The notes: generated by a model from the letters alone, not told the origin. DNA of 64,000 nucleotides from Acidobacteriota bacterium (GCA_052389315.1 JBQTIE010000084.1:23075-87074); one strand, 5' to 3'. Shown: positions 48,719 through 58,049, counted from the stretch's first letter. Made by a program: numbers and translations.

Positions 48719-49888
48719 TCACGTGCCGTTGTTCGGTGGCGCGGCTTCGATCGGTGCAATCGGTGCGGCGCCGCTGGCCGCGACGGTGGTGGCCGGCACG
48801 TGAGCGGGCGCGGGGCCAGCCGCGACTGGTGCGGGGCGCGCCGATCGCCGAGGCTCGTCGCGATCGGTTGCGGCCGCGCCATGCCCGGACTGCTGCGCCA
48901 TGGCCGGATCGATGAACCGTCCAAAGATCATCTTCCCCGCCGTCGTCTGCAGCACGCTGGTAACCACCACGTCGATGGTCTTGCCGATCATCCGGCGGGC
49001 GTTGTCCACGACGACCATCGTGCCGTCGTCGAGATAGGCGACCCCCTGGTTGTACTCCTTGCCTTCCTTGAGAATGAACACCTTCATCACTTCACCGGGC
49101 AGAACGACCGGCTTGAGGGCGTTGGCGAGCTCGTTGATGTTGAGCACCTGCACGCCGCGGAGCTGGGCGACCTTGTTGATGTTGAAATCGTTGGTGACGA
49201 TCTTCCCCTGAAGACTCCGAGCCAGTTCGATCAGCTTGAGATCCACTTCACGCACGTCCGGGTAGTCCGCGTCCGAGATCATCACCTCGACGCCGGCCAT
49301 CTTCTGAATCTTCTGCAGGATGTCCAGGCCGCGGCGGCCGCGATTCCGTTTCATGGAATCGCCCGAGTCGGCGACGAGCTGCAGCTCCTTCAGCACGAAC
49401 TGCGGAATCACCAGCGTCCCGTCCACGAAGCCCGTGTCGCACAGGTCGGCGATGCGGCCGTCGATGATGACCGAGGTGTCGAGAATGCGGTAGCGGCGTT
49501 GCGGTCCCGTGGCGCGAAACAACCCGATCAGCCGCGACGGTTCGAGCCATTCGCCGCGGCGCCCTCCGAGGACCAGCCCCACGTAGACGAGCAGCAGGAG
49601 CACGAATCCGTGCAGGAACGCCACGCGCTCGTGGCCTGTGTCGGCCCAGAACAACGCCGTGCCGATCCCCTTCGCGATGCCCAGCCCGACCGCGCCCCCG
49701 AGCAACGCCCCGAGCAGGCTGGTGAGCGGAAGGTCGCGCAGCCTCATTTCGAACGCAATCGCCACACCCGCCAGCGCGAGGCCGAAGGCCACGTTGAGGA
49801 GCGGCCCGGGCCCGACCGGACGAATCAGAAACGCGGTGTACGCGACGGCCGCCGTAAAGAGCAGGCGGGCCAGGACAGACCAGGCCAT
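48719..49888 (-). CDS. Membrane-anchored PIN/TRAM domain protein (YacL-like)
   Basis: 389 aa with N-terminal TM segments, a PIN domain (ILDTSVIIDGRIADL), a TRAM-like C-terminal region, and a low-complexity Ala/Pro tail. Confidence 0.8.
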   Translation of the reverse strand: MAWSVLARLLFTAAVAYTAFLIRPVGPGPLLNVAFGLALAGVAIAFEMRLRDLPLTSLLGALLGGAVGLGIAKGIGTALFWADTGHERVAFLHGFVLLLLVYVGLVLGGRRGEWLEPSRLIGLFRATGPQRRYRILDTSVIIDGRIADLCDTGFVDGTLVIPQFVLKELQLVADSGDSMKRNRGRRGLDILQKIQKMAGVEVMISDADYPDVREVDLKLIELARSLQGKIVTNDFNINKVAQLRGVQVLNINELANALKPVVLPGEVMKVFILKEGKEYNQGVAYLDDGTMVVVDNARRMIGKTIDVVVTSVLQTTAGKMIFGRFIDPAMAQQSGHGAAATDRDEPRRSARPAPVAAGPAPAHVPATTVAASGAAPIAPIEAAPPNNGT

Positions 49889-50183
49889 GACTTCACCCCG
49901 ATATGACGCGCGTATGACAGCGCAACAGTAGAGCCGTCGGGCGGCTCAGGTCAACCGCCGAGTACCGGTCGTCCGTGTGGCGCCGACGGCACCGTCCACC
50001 ATCCGCACATCACGCGGATGCCGCATCTTGCCGCAGATTCACACCGATGGCGCATCCCCGGCTGACGCACCGACGCTCGAGTGTTCATCGACGGATGGCT
50101 CGGAAACCGCGGAATTGACGCCGATGCGCCCCCGCGGACTCCCCGGGTCGAGGGCGAGCCGGCGGGCTTGCGGCGGCGGGGTC

Positions 50184-51572
50184 TCAGGTCAGGATGGCGT
50201 CGAGGGCCTCGCCGACGTGCCGAACGCCCACGAGGTGGGCACGGCCGGGATCGCTCGGTGGTCCACTTGGCAGATCGGCGTCGACATTGGCGACCGGCAA
50301 CACGATGCGACGGAATCCCATCTGCTCGGCCTCGCGCACGCGCAGCCCTGCCTGCGGAACGCCGCGAACCTCCCCGCCGAGCCCCACTTCCCCGAACACC
50401 GCGGTGGCCTCGGCGATGGGTCGGTTGCGAACGCTGGAGGCCACGGCCGCGAGGATCGCGAGGTCGGCGGCCGGCTCTTCGATGTTCATCCCGCCGGCGA
50501 TGTTGACGTACACGTCATCGGTCACCAGGTGGAGCCCGGCGCGCTTCTCGAGCACGGCCAGGAGCAGCGACAGCCGATGCGGATCGATGCCGACGGCCAT
50601 GCGCCGCGGCATGCCGAAGCTCGTCGTGCTGGCGAGCGCCTGGACCTCGACAAGGATGGGGCGTGACCCTTCAATGGAGCACAACACGGCGGATCCGGGC
50701 GTGGCCACGGCCCGCTCGGCCAGAAACAGGGCCGAGGGGTTGGCCACAGGCTTGAGGCCGCCACCAGTCATCTCGAACACACCAAGCTCGCTGATCGCTC
50801 CAAACCGGTTCTTCACGGCTCGCACCACGCGGTGGGAGTGATGGCGTTCTCCTTCGAAGTACAGCACGGTGTCCACCACGTGTTCGAGGGCCTTGGGTCC
50901 CGCGATGTTGCCGTCCTTGGTCACGTGGCCGACCAGGAAGGTCGGGATGTCGTGGCCTTTCGCGGTGAAGAGAAACTGCGTCGCGGCCTCCCGCACCTGT
51001 CCGATGCTGCCGGGCGCCGATTGAAACTTGAGGGAAAAGACCGTCTGCACCGAGTCCACGATGAGCAGCCGCGGCCTCACGCGGCCCACCTCTTCGAGGA
51101 TGCGTTCGATGCAGGTTTCGGCCAGCAGGTACAAGGGGGCGTCGCCAACGCCAAGCCGGTCACCGCGTGACTTGATCTGGTGCTCAGACTCCTCGCCAGA
51201 CGCGTAGAGGACCGTGCCGACCGACCGGGCGAAGTGGGAGGCCGCCTGGAGCAGCAGCGTCGACTTGCCGATGCCGGGTTCGCCGCCGAGCAGGACGAGC
51301 GATCCGGGGACGATGCCGCCGCCCAGCACGCGGTCGAACTCGCCGATCCCGCTGGGGATGCGGGCGGCAGACGAGGCTTCGACCTCCGCATATCGGCGCG
51401 CACCCTGCGTCGAGACGCCGGGCAGGGCGTAACGATGCGGGGCGCCCGCGGATGCCCCGCTACGCTCTTCCACGAGCGAATTCCAGGCCCCGCAATCCGC
51501 GCAGCGCCCGAGCCACTTGGGGCTCTGCGCCCCGCATTCCTGGCACACGAAAACGGGCTTGTCAGGCTTCAT
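50184..51572 (-). CDS. radA: DNA repair protein RadA/Sms
   Basis: 462 aa with a zinc finger (CQECGAQSPKWLGRCADCGAWNS), Walker A (GGEPGIGKST), KNRFG, and a Lon-like C-terminus. Confidence 0.96.
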   Translation of the reverse strand: MKPDKPVFVCQECGAQSPKWLGRCADCGAWNSLVEERSGASAGAPHRYALPGVSTQGARRYAEVEASSAARIPSGIGEFDRVLGGGIVPGSLVLLGGEPGIGKSTLLLQAASHFARSVGTVLYASGEESEHQIKSRGDRLGVGDAPLYLLAETCIERILEEVGRVRPRLLIVDSVQTVFSLKFQSAPGSIGQVREAATQFLFTAKGHDIPTFLVGHVTKDGNIAGPKALEHVVDTVLYFEGERHHSHRVVRAVKNRFGAISELGVFEMTGGGLKPVANPSALFLAERAVATPGSAVLCSIEGSRPILVEVQALASTTSFGMPRRMAVGIDPHRLSLLLAVLEKRAGLHLVTDDVYVNIAGGMNIEEPAADLAILAAVASSVRNRPIAEATAVFGEVGLGGEVRGVPQAGLRVREAEQMGFRRIVLPVANVDADLPSGPPSDPGRAHLVGVRHVGEALDAILT

Positions 51573-51617
51573 GCCGCCGCTCGTCGTCGCGCGACCTCGT
51601 GATGGGGCAGCGCCGCC

Positions 51618-52778
51618 TCATCGGTACACCCGCTGCACCCGCGCACCGAGCCGGCACAGAATCTCATAGGGAATCGTGGAAATGGCTGCGGCCATCTCCC
51701 GGGCATCCAGCGTGGCGATCGGGTCGTGACCCTGCGAGCCGAGAAAGGTCACGACGTCGCCTGGCGCCACGCCTTCGATCCCGGTCACGTCCGCCGTGAG
51801 CATGTCCATGCTCACAGCCCCGACGATGCGGGCGCGCTGCCCGCGAATGAGGACGTGACCGTGCCCTTCGAGCCTTCGATCCAGGCCGTCGGCATAGCCG
51901 GCGGGAATCAAGGCGATGCTCGCTGGTCCAGCTGCCACGAACCGCGCACCGTACCCCACCGATTCCCCCGAGCGAAGGCCCTTGACCGCGACGACGCGGC
52001 TGACTAGGGACATGGCGGGGGTGAGCGCCAGCGTCGTCGCCAGCGGCGGAGGCACGACGCCGTGCAGCAGCAGTCCCGGCCTGACGTACTCGTACCACAC
52101 CCGCGAGTCCCGCAGCAGCGCGGCGCTGTTGGCGGCGTGACGGGCTCGCGGCGGAGCGCCCAGCCGGTCGAGGGTTCCACACGCGGCGTCGAAGGCCTGG
52201 CGCTGACGGTCGAACAGCTCGTGCTCGGCGTCGTCGGCCGTCGCAAAATGCGTGCACACGGCCTCGAGCGTCAGGTTCTCGCTCGCGAGCAGCGGCGGCA
52301 CCGTGCGGGTGAGGTTCTCGTGGCGGAAGCCCAACCGGTGCATCCCCGTGTCGATCTTCAGGTGGTAGCGGAGGCGCGCCCCCTTGGCCCTCGCTGCGGC
52401 CTGCAAAGCCTGGCCGGCCGACGGACTGCCGATGGTGGGCGTCAGGTCGAAATCGAAGACACCATCGAGATCGCTGACGCTGAGCGCGCCGAAGACGAGA
52501 AGGCGGGCTGAGATTCCGGCACGCCGGAGCTCGATGCCCTCCTCGATGTCGGCCACGGCCAGCCACGACGCGCCGGCGTCCTCCAGCGTCCGTGCGACGG
52601 GCACCGCCCCATGACCGTACGCATTGGCCTTGACCACCGCCAGGATGGCTGGCGCCACCTGCGGGCCGCGCCCGGCCAGTCGATTGAGCGCCGCTTCCTG
52701 CTCGAGATAGGCCGACAGCGCACGGTAGTTGGCGGCGATGGCGTTGAGGTCCACGAACGCCGACGTACAGCGAATCAT
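51618..52778 (-). CDS. alr: Alanine racemase
   Basis: ORF 51618..52805 trimmed to ATG 52778 (MIRCTSAFVDL). PLP-lysine motif AVVKANAYGHG. Confidence 0.93.
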   Translation of the reverse strand: MIRCTSAFVDLNAIAANYRALSAYLEQEAALNRLAGRGPQVAPAILAVVKANAYGHGAVPVARTLEDAGASWLAVADIEEGIELRRAGISARLLVFGALSVSDLDGVFDFDLTPTIGSPSAGQALQAAARAKGARLRYHLKIDTGMHRLGFRHENLTRTVPPLLASENLTLEAVCTHFATADDAEHELFDRQRQAFDAACGTLDRLGAPPRARHAANSAALLRDSRVWYEYVRPGLLLHGVVPPPLATTLALTPAMSLVSRVVAVKGLRSGESVGYGARFVAAGPASIALIPAGYADGLDRRLEGHGHVLIRGQRARIVGAVSMDMLTADVTGIEGVAPGDVVTFLGSQGHDPIATLDAREMAAAISTIPYEILCRLGARVQRVYR

Positions 52779-52797
52779 CGGCGAGGCTCGCGCCGGC

Positions 52798-54150
52798 TCA
52801 CGCATGTTCGGCGAGGTTGGCGAAACGCGTCTGTTGGCGCAGGAACGCCAGCTTGACCATGCCGGTGGGCCCGTTGCGCTGCTTGGCCAGGATCAGTTCG
52901 GCGATGCCGTCGGAATCGGCCGGCTCGTTCGACTGCTTGTACATCTCTTCTCGGAAGATGAGGATCACCACGTCCGCATCCTGCTCGAGGGCGCCGGATT
53001 CGCGGAGGTCCGACAGCTGCGGGCGCCTGTCGGAGCGGGCTTCCGGCGCACGCGACAGCTGCGACAGGACCACCACCGGCACGTTGAGCTCCTTGGCCAG
53101 GCCTTTCAGGGACCGCGAAATGGAGGCGAGCTCCAGCGTCCGGTTCTCGAATCGGCCGCGCCCCGTCATGAGCTGGATGTAGTCGATCGCGAGCAGGTCG
53201 AGCCCGTGCTCGGCCTGCAGCCGCCGGGCCTTCGCGCGCATCTCGAGCACGCCCGCACCCGCGGTGTCGTCGATGTACAGGTGTGAGGCACTCAGCACCT
53301 CGAGCGCGTGCGTGATGCCGCCGTACTCGCGCTGCCCGATCTGCCCGCTCATGAGGCGGTAGTTGTCGATCCGCGCCTCTGAGGCCAGCAGGCGCATGAA
53401 GAGCTGTTCCTTGGACATCTCGAGGCTGAAGAACCCCACGATGCCCGACGAGGTCGCGACGTGCTGCGCGATGTTGAGCACGAGGCTCGTCTTCCCCATC
53501 GACGGACGCGCGGCCACGATGATCAGGTCGCCGCGCTGGAACCCCCGCGTGAGCTTGTCGATTTCAGTGAAGCCCGTGGCGACGCCGGTGATCAGGCTCT
53601 TGTGCTCGAAGAGCTGCTCGATTTTCGGGAAGCTGGCCTTGACCAGCTCCCGCATCGGCACGAAGCCCGCCCGAATGCGATCGTCGGCCACCGAGAAAAT
53701 CGCACTCTCGGCTTCGTCCAGCACCAGATCGGCGTCCTGGTCGGCTTCGTACGCGTTGGCGAGAATCTTGTTGGCCGAGAAGATCAGGCTTCGCAGCGTG
53801 GACTTCTCTTTCACGATTCGCGCGTAGTACTCCACGTTGGTCGCGCGCGGGACGCCGTCGATCAGGGAGGCGACGTAGGCCGGACCGCCGACTTCATCGA
53901 GATCTCCCGCCCGCTCGAGCTCGTCTTTCAGCGTGACGAGGTCGATCGGCTGGCTGCGCTCGGCCAGCGAGATCATGCAATCGAAGATTCGCCGATGCGC
54001 ATCGCGAAAGAACGCGCGCGGCGTGATCGCGGCGGCAGCGACGTTGAAGGCTTCGTTGTCGATCAGAATCGCGCCGAGGACGGAGCGTTCGGCGTCGAGG
54101 TTGTGCGGAAGCGTCCGATCAGGAGCGGAGGGTGTCGCGACGTCGGCCAC
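52798..54150 (-). CDS. dnaB: Replicative DNA helicase DnaB
   Basis: 450 aa starting PHNLDAERSVLGAIL, with Walker A (ARPSMGKTS). No intein. Confidence 0.97.
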   Translation of the reverse strand: MADVATPSAPDRTLPHNLDAERSVLGAILIDNEAFNVAAAAITPRAFFRDAHRRIFDCMISLAERSQPIDLVTLKDELERAGDLDEVGGPAYVASLIDGVPRATNVEYYARIVKEKSTLRSLIFSANKILANAYEADQDADLVLDEAESAIFSVADDRIRAGFVPMRELVKASFPKIEQLFEHKSLITGVATGFTEIDKLTRGFQRGDLIIVAARPSMGKTSLVLNIAQHVATSSGIVGFFSLEMSKEQLFMRLLASEARIDNYRLMSGQIGQREYGGITHALEVLSASHLYIDDTAGAGVLEMRAKARRLQAEHGLDLLAIDYIQLMTGRGRFENRTLELASISRSLKGLAKELNVPVVVLSQLSRAPEARSDRRPQLSDLRESGALEQDADVVILIFREEMYKQSNEPADSDGIAELILAKQRNGPTGMVKLAFLRQQTRFANLAEHA

Positions 54151-54255
54151 GTGGGAGATGATACGGCTGGAACGGCGCCGGTGCGAGCGACAAGCAGTGG
54201 AGGGGCGGATGGGGCAGGTGCCCGACCCGCTCCCGGCTCCGCCCCACCTTCGGCC

Positions 54256-54344
54256 CTAGAAAACTTGACTCTCCAGATTTCCAACCGCTTGAGGCAAGTT
54301 TTCTCGCCCGGCCGGAGGCCGGGCAAAACCAATACTGCCACTAG
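54256..54344 (+). repeat. 89-nt CTAG-bounded double-hairpin repeat, copy 2
   Basis: 77/89 identical to 16476-16564, in the same orientation. Lies in the rplI-dnaB spacer. Confidence 0.75.
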
Positions 54345-54400
54345 CGAGGCGGAGCCTCACCGCCCAACATGCTCGGCGGTCTGAGGCGAAGCCTCGCTAG
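54341..54400. repeat. CTAGCGA..TCGCTAG palindromic module (copy A), abutting the rplI stop codon
   Basis: CTAGCGAGGC pairs with GCCTCGCTAG, with an inner CCTCACCGCC/GGCGGTCTGAGG pairing. It shares its first CTAG with the 89-nt repeat. It could act as the rplI terminator hairpin. Confidence 0.6.
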
Positions 54401-54847
54401 CTAGTCGTCTTTCGCGACGATGACCTTCAGCTGCGCCACGACCTCACGGTGCAGCTTGACCGGGACGGTCGCTTCGCCCAGCACCTTGAGGGGATCGGGC
54501 AACAGGATCTTGCGGCGGTCGATCGGAAATCCCTTCTCCGCCAGCACTTCTGCCAAATCGCCGTTGGTCACCGACCCGTAGAGCTGGTCGTTCTCCCCCA
54601 CCTTGCGCGCGATGGTGATCTCCAGCGCGTTGAGCCGCAGCGCGATGGCCTCGGCCGCGCCGCGTTGCTCGGAGTCGCGTGCCTCGGCGATCTTCCGTTC
54701 CCGTTCGACCCACTTGCGATTCGAGTCGGTTGCCGGCAGCGCCAGCTTTCGGGGCAGGAGATAGTTGCGGGCAAACCCGTCGGCGACCTTGACGATCTCG
54801 CCGCGTTTGCCGAGGTGTTCGACGTGATCTCTCAGGATGACTTCCAT
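54401..54847 (-). CDS. rplI: 50S ribosomal protein L9
   Basis: Track ORF 54401..54949 trimmed to ATG 54847 (MEVILRDHVEHLGKRGEIVKVADGFARNYLLP). Confidence 0.93.
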   Translation of the reverse strand: MEVILRDHVEHLGKRGEIVKVADGFARNYLLPRKLALPATDSNRKWVERERKIAEARDSEQRGAAEAIALRLNALEITIARKVGENDQLYGSVTNGDLAEVLAEKGFPIDRRKILLPDPLKVLGEATVPVKLHREVVAQLKVIVAKDD

Positions 54848-54867
54848 GACGCGTCCTGTCTCCCCGG

Positions 54868-55173
54868 CTAATCCGACGCGTACGGGAGCAGCGCCAACTG
54901 GCGTGCCCGCACGATGGCGATGCGCAGCGACCGTTGATGCTTCGCGCACGTGCCCGAGATCCGGCGCGGCAGCACCTTGCCGCGTTCCGGCACGAAGCCG
55001 CTGAGCAGCTTCACGTCCTTGTAGTTGATGTCGTCAATTTTATCCGCGCAGAACTTGCAGACCTTGCGGCGTCGAAACAGGCCGCGCCGCTGCCCGCCCT
55101 GCTTGCCGTCGCCCTTCTTGTCGTCTCCGCGGCCGCGTCCCGGCCCGCCCGAGCGCCCTCGTCCCATTGGCAT
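54868..55173 (-). CDS. rpsR: 30S ribosomal protein S18
   Basis: 101 aa with the conserved core [19 protein letters not shown]. Arg/Gly-rich N-terminal extension. Confidence 0.94.
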   Translation of the reverse strand: MPMGRGRSGGPGRGRGDDKKGDGKQGGQRRGLFRRRKVCKFCADKIDDINYKDVKLLSGFVPERGKVLPRRISGTCAKHQRSLRIAIVRARQLALLPYASD

Positions 55174-55175
55174 GA

Positions 55176-55637
55176 TTACGCCTCCACCTCGACGCCGTCG
55201 TAATCGCCGGCGTCATCCGAATCGTCTGCCTGCGGGCCCTCTCCGGGTTGGCGATCGGGGGGCAGCCCGCGCGCGACGCGCCGGCGTCGGGATTCCTCCT
55301 GCCGCTTGGTGCGCGCACGGTTGGCCTTGATCTGATCCTCGTCCACGCGCACGATCAGGTGGCGCAGCAGGCCTTCAGTGACCTTGAGGCGCCGGTCGAG
55401 CTCCCGCACCAGGTCCCCGCCGCCCGTGATGACCTCGAGGACGTAGATCCCCTCTTTGTGATGGCCGATTTCATAGGCCAGCCGGCGACGGCCGTTGAAC
55501 GTCTGCTGCGCCTCGGACGAGGCCAGCGTGCCGCCCATGCGCCCGACAATCTGCTGCACCTGCTCGTGCAGCGCGGCGACCTGCTCTTCGGTCGCGTCGG
55601 GTCTGATGATGTAGACCAGTTCGTACGTTCGTGTCAT
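55176..55637 (-). CDS. rpsF: 30S ribosomal protein S6
   Basis: Track ORF 55176..56153 trimmed to ATG 55637 ([14 protein letters not shown]). Basic-then-acidic C-terminal tail. Confidence 0.92.
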   Translation of the reverse strand: MTRTYELVYIIRPDATEEQVAALHEQVQQIVGRMGGTLASSEAQQTFNGRRRLAYEIGHHKEGIYVLEVITGGGDLVRELDRRLKVTEGLLRHLIVRVDEDQIKANRARTKRQEESRRRRVARGLPPDRQPGEGPQADDSDDAGDYDGVEVEA

Positions 55638-55714
55638 CGACAGCTCCTCGTGGATCTCGGGAGGCCCCGAGAGCCACCGAAGTGGCAAGGAGTGATCAGG
55701 GCGGTCGTTGTGAC

Positions 55715-56290
55715 CTACCCGCTCTCCGTGTCCGTCGCTGCGTTGAACGTGTTCATCACACGCTCGATGCCTTCGGAGACGAACATCTCCGCGGCGTCGG
55801 CGGCCCGCAGCACGGCCGCCTGAATCGTCTCTCGCTCGTCGGGCTCGAACCTCGACAGCACATGGTCCGCCAAATCGCGTCGCGCGTCGCCTCGTCCGAC
55901 GCCGACTCTCAGCCGCGCGACGTCTTCGGAGCCCAGCTGCTCGACAATCGATCGTAGCCCATTGTGCCCGCCCGCGCCGCCCCGTGCCCGGGCACGCAGC
56001 CGCCCCAGGGGCAGCGCCACCTCGTCGACGACCACCAGCAGGTCCGGCACCTCGACTTGGAAGAAGTGCCGAAGTCGCGACACGGCGAAACCGCTGAGGT
56101 TCATGTAGGTCAGCGGCTTGGCCAGAATCGCGCCACCGGCCTTTCGTGCACACAGCGTATCGTCTCGCTCGCGCCAGGCGGTCTCGAGCTCCCAGCGCCG
56201 GGCCAGTTCGTCGATGACCCAGAACCCGACGTTGTGCCTGGTGTCGCGATACTGCGGCCCCGGATTGCCGAGCCCGACGACCAGCTTCAC
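55715..56290 (-). CDS. pth: Peptidyl-tRNA hydrolase
   Basis: 191 aa starting MKLVVGLGNPGPQYRDTRHNVGF. Confidence 0.94.
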   Translation of the reverse strand: MKLVVGLGNPGPQYRDTRHNVGFWVIDELARRWELETAWRERDDTLCARKAGGAILAKPLTYMNLSGFAVSRLRHFFQVEVPDLLVVVDEVALPLGRLRARARGGAGGHNGLRSIVEQLGSEDVARLRVGVGRGDARRDLADHVLSRFEPDERETIQAAVLRAADAAEMFVSEGIERVMNTFNAATDTESG

Positions 56291-56292
56291 GT

Positions 56293-57009
56293 CTACTTCT
56301 TGTCCTTCTTGTCCTTCGCCGCCGCCGGTGCCGCCTCTTCGCCTTCCTTCTCCGTCTTGCCCTTCTTGATCACCTCGGGTTCAGCGGACTCGGTCGGCGC
56401 CGCCGCCACGACCGCGCCCTCCACCGGCGCCGGTTCCTCGACCGCACGCGGCATGATGACGTGGACCAGCATCAGGTCCGCGTCGCTGAGGGGCGTCCAG
56501 CCGACGCCAACCGTGACGTCGCGCAGGTGGATCGCGTCGTTCAAGCCCAGATCGCTGACGTCGACTTCGATGGAGTCAGGGATCTCGGCCGGCAGGCATT
56601 CCACCTCGATTTCGCGGTTCACGAAGTCGAGCACGCCAGCTTCGAGCTTGACGCCACGCGCCTCGCCCTTGATGACGACGGGCACCGTGACCGTGATGCG
56701 CCGGTCCATGTTGACCCGATAGAAGTCGGCATGGAGCATCTGCTGCGTGGTCGGGTCGACCTGGAACTCCTTCACCAGCACCCGTGCGTCCCCGACGCCA
56801 TCGACCTTGAGCGTGATGAGGGTGTTGAGCCCCCCGTGCAGAATCCGCATCAGCGGCTTGGGATCGACAGCCACCTCGACCGTGTGGCCCGTGTCGCCCT
56901 CCTTCTGGGTGCCGTAGATCACGGCCGGGATTCTGCCTGCCGCCCTCAGCCGTCGTGCGTCGTTCTTACCCCGCGTGCTCCGTTGTACTGCGTCGAGTGT
57001 TGCTTCCAT
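56293..57009 (-). CDS. ctc: 50S ribosomal protein L25 / general stress protein Ctc
   Basis: Track ORF 56293..57303 trimmed to ATG 57009 (MEATLDAVQRSTRGKNDARRLRAAGRIPAVIYG). Two-domain Ctc form with a Lys/Glu-rich tail. Confidence 0.9.
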   Translation of the reverse strand: MEATLDAVQRSTRGKNDARRLRAAGRIPAVIYGTQKEGDTGHTVEVAVDPKPLMRILHGGLNTLITLKVDGVGDARVLVKEFQVDPTTQQMLHADFYRVNMDRRITVTVPVVIKGEARGVKLEAGVLDFVNREIEVECLPAEIPDSIEVDVSDLGLNDAIHLRDVTVGVGWTPLSDADLMLVHVIMPRAVEEPAPVEGAVVAAAPTESAEPEVIKKGKTEKEGEEAAPAAAKDKKDKK

Positions 57010-57074
57010 GTGAGTTGTGAGTTGTGAGTTCTGAGTTGTGAGTTCCGAGTTTGTGAGTTCGTGGGTGGTGAGTG
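57010..57074 (-). repeat. Heptanucleotide tandem repeat, about 9 units of GTGAGTT (AACTCAC on the coding strand), abutting the ctc start codon
   Basis: Read directly: GTGAGTT x3, CTGAGTT, GTGAGTT, CCGAGTT, TGTGAGTT, CGTGGGTG, GTGAGTG. Confidence 0.9.
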
Positions 57075-57095
57075 CTCCGCTCAGGGCCGCCCGCC

Positions 57096-58049
57096 TCAGA
57101 CGAACAACGAGCTGACCGAGGTCTCCTCGTGAATGCTGCGAATCGCCTGGCCGAGCAAGCGGGCCACCGACAGCTCGACGATCTTGCCGCACTTGGTCCG
57201 CTCGCCGGTCAGCGGAATCGTATTGGTGATGATCAGCCGATCGATCGGCGCTTTTTCGATGCGTTCGATGGCGGGACCAGACAGCACCCCGTGCACGGCG
57301 CACGCGACGACACGCTCGGCGCCGGCGTCCATCAGGGCCTGCGCGCCCTTTTGAATGGTGCCCGCTGTATCGATGATGTCATCCGCGATCACACAGGTGC
57401 GGCCACCCACTTCACCGATGACGTTCATGACCTCTGCGGTCCCGTCGTCGCTGCGGCGCTTGTCGATGACCGCCAGTTCGGCCCCAAGGCGCTTGGCATA
57501 GGCGCGGGCCCGTTCGGCGCCGCCGGCGTCGGGCGCGACGATCGTCAGACGCTCGAAGTCCTGGCGAGCCAGATAGTCGATGATGACCGGCGCCGCGAAC
57601 AAGTGGTCCACCGGGATGTCGAAAAACCCCTGGATCTGCGCCTTGTGCAAGTCCATGGTCAACACCCGGTTCGTCCCGGCCGCGCTGAGCACGTTGGCGA
57701 CGAGTTTTGCCGAGATCGGCACGCGCGGCTTGTCCTTGCGATCCTGCCGCGCGTATCCGTAGTAGGGCAGCACGGCCGTGATCCGTGAGGCCGACGAGCG
57801 CCGAAAGGCATCGACCATGATCAACAGCTCGACGAGGTGTTCATCGACGGGCGCGCAGGTCGGCTGCACGATGAAGACGTCCGTGCCCCGAATGTTCTCG
57901 TCGATTTGAAACGAGACTTCCGTGTCTGGAAAGCGGCGCAGCCGGCACTGGCCGAGCGACACGCCCAGGAACTCGCAGATGTCCCTGGCGAGCTGCGGGT
58001 GAGCGCTCCCCGAAAACACTTTCAGATCGCCGTATCCGGTAGGTCGCAT
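57096..58049 (-). CDS. prs: Ribose-phosphate pyrophosphokinase
   Basis: 317 aa with DLHKAQIQGFF and the PRPP-binding loop VIADDIIDTAGT. Confidence 0.97.
   Translation of the reverse strand: MRPTGYGDLKVFSGSAHPQLARDICEFLGVSLGQCRLRRFPDTEVSFQIDENIRGTDVFIVQPTCAPVDEHLVELLIMVDAFRRSSASRITAVLPYYGYARQDRKDKPRVPISAKLVANVLSAAGTNRVLTMDLHKAQIQGFFDIPVDHLFAAPVIIDYLARQDFERLTIVAPDAGGAERARAYAKRLGAELAVIDKRRSDDGTAEVMNVIGEVGGRTCVIADDIIDTAGTIQKGAQALMDAGAERVVACAVHGVLSGPAIERIEKAPIDRLIITNTIPLTGERTKCGKIVELSVARLLGQAIRSIHEETSVSSLFV

Noticed and set aside
47896-48924. Long N-terminal extension of the PlsC ORF (342 aa).
   Set aside because: The first ~85 residues are Pro/Arg/Ser-rich and low in complexity, and they overlap the 3' end of the upstream PIN/TRAM gene. 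The acyltransferase homology and first TM segment begin after GTG 48669.
48719-49888. PIN-domain protein considered as a toxin of a toxin-antitoxin or defence module.
   Set aside because: The architecture (N-terminal TM segments + PIN + TRAM, about 390 aa) matches the widespread housekeeping YacL-type protein found next to radA/ispDF-type genes. No small antitoxin partner is present.
49889-50183. 295-nt radA to PIN/TRAM spacer examined for an ncRNA (SRP RNA, 6S, RNase P, tmRNA motifs) or a small ORF.
   Set aside because: No conserved motifs of these RNAs were found. There is only a short hairpin (CATCCGC..GCGGATG), weak promoter-like hexamers, and no convincing small ORF with an SD.
57010-57074. 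Tandem repeats considered as a CRISPR array or a coding repeat (TTHELTNSELTTQNSQLTTH in the read-through ORF).
   Set aside because: The unit is 7 nt with no spacers, so it is not CRISPR. The L25 homologous N-terminus starts at the ATG immediately downstream, so the repeat is 5' UTR rather than coding.
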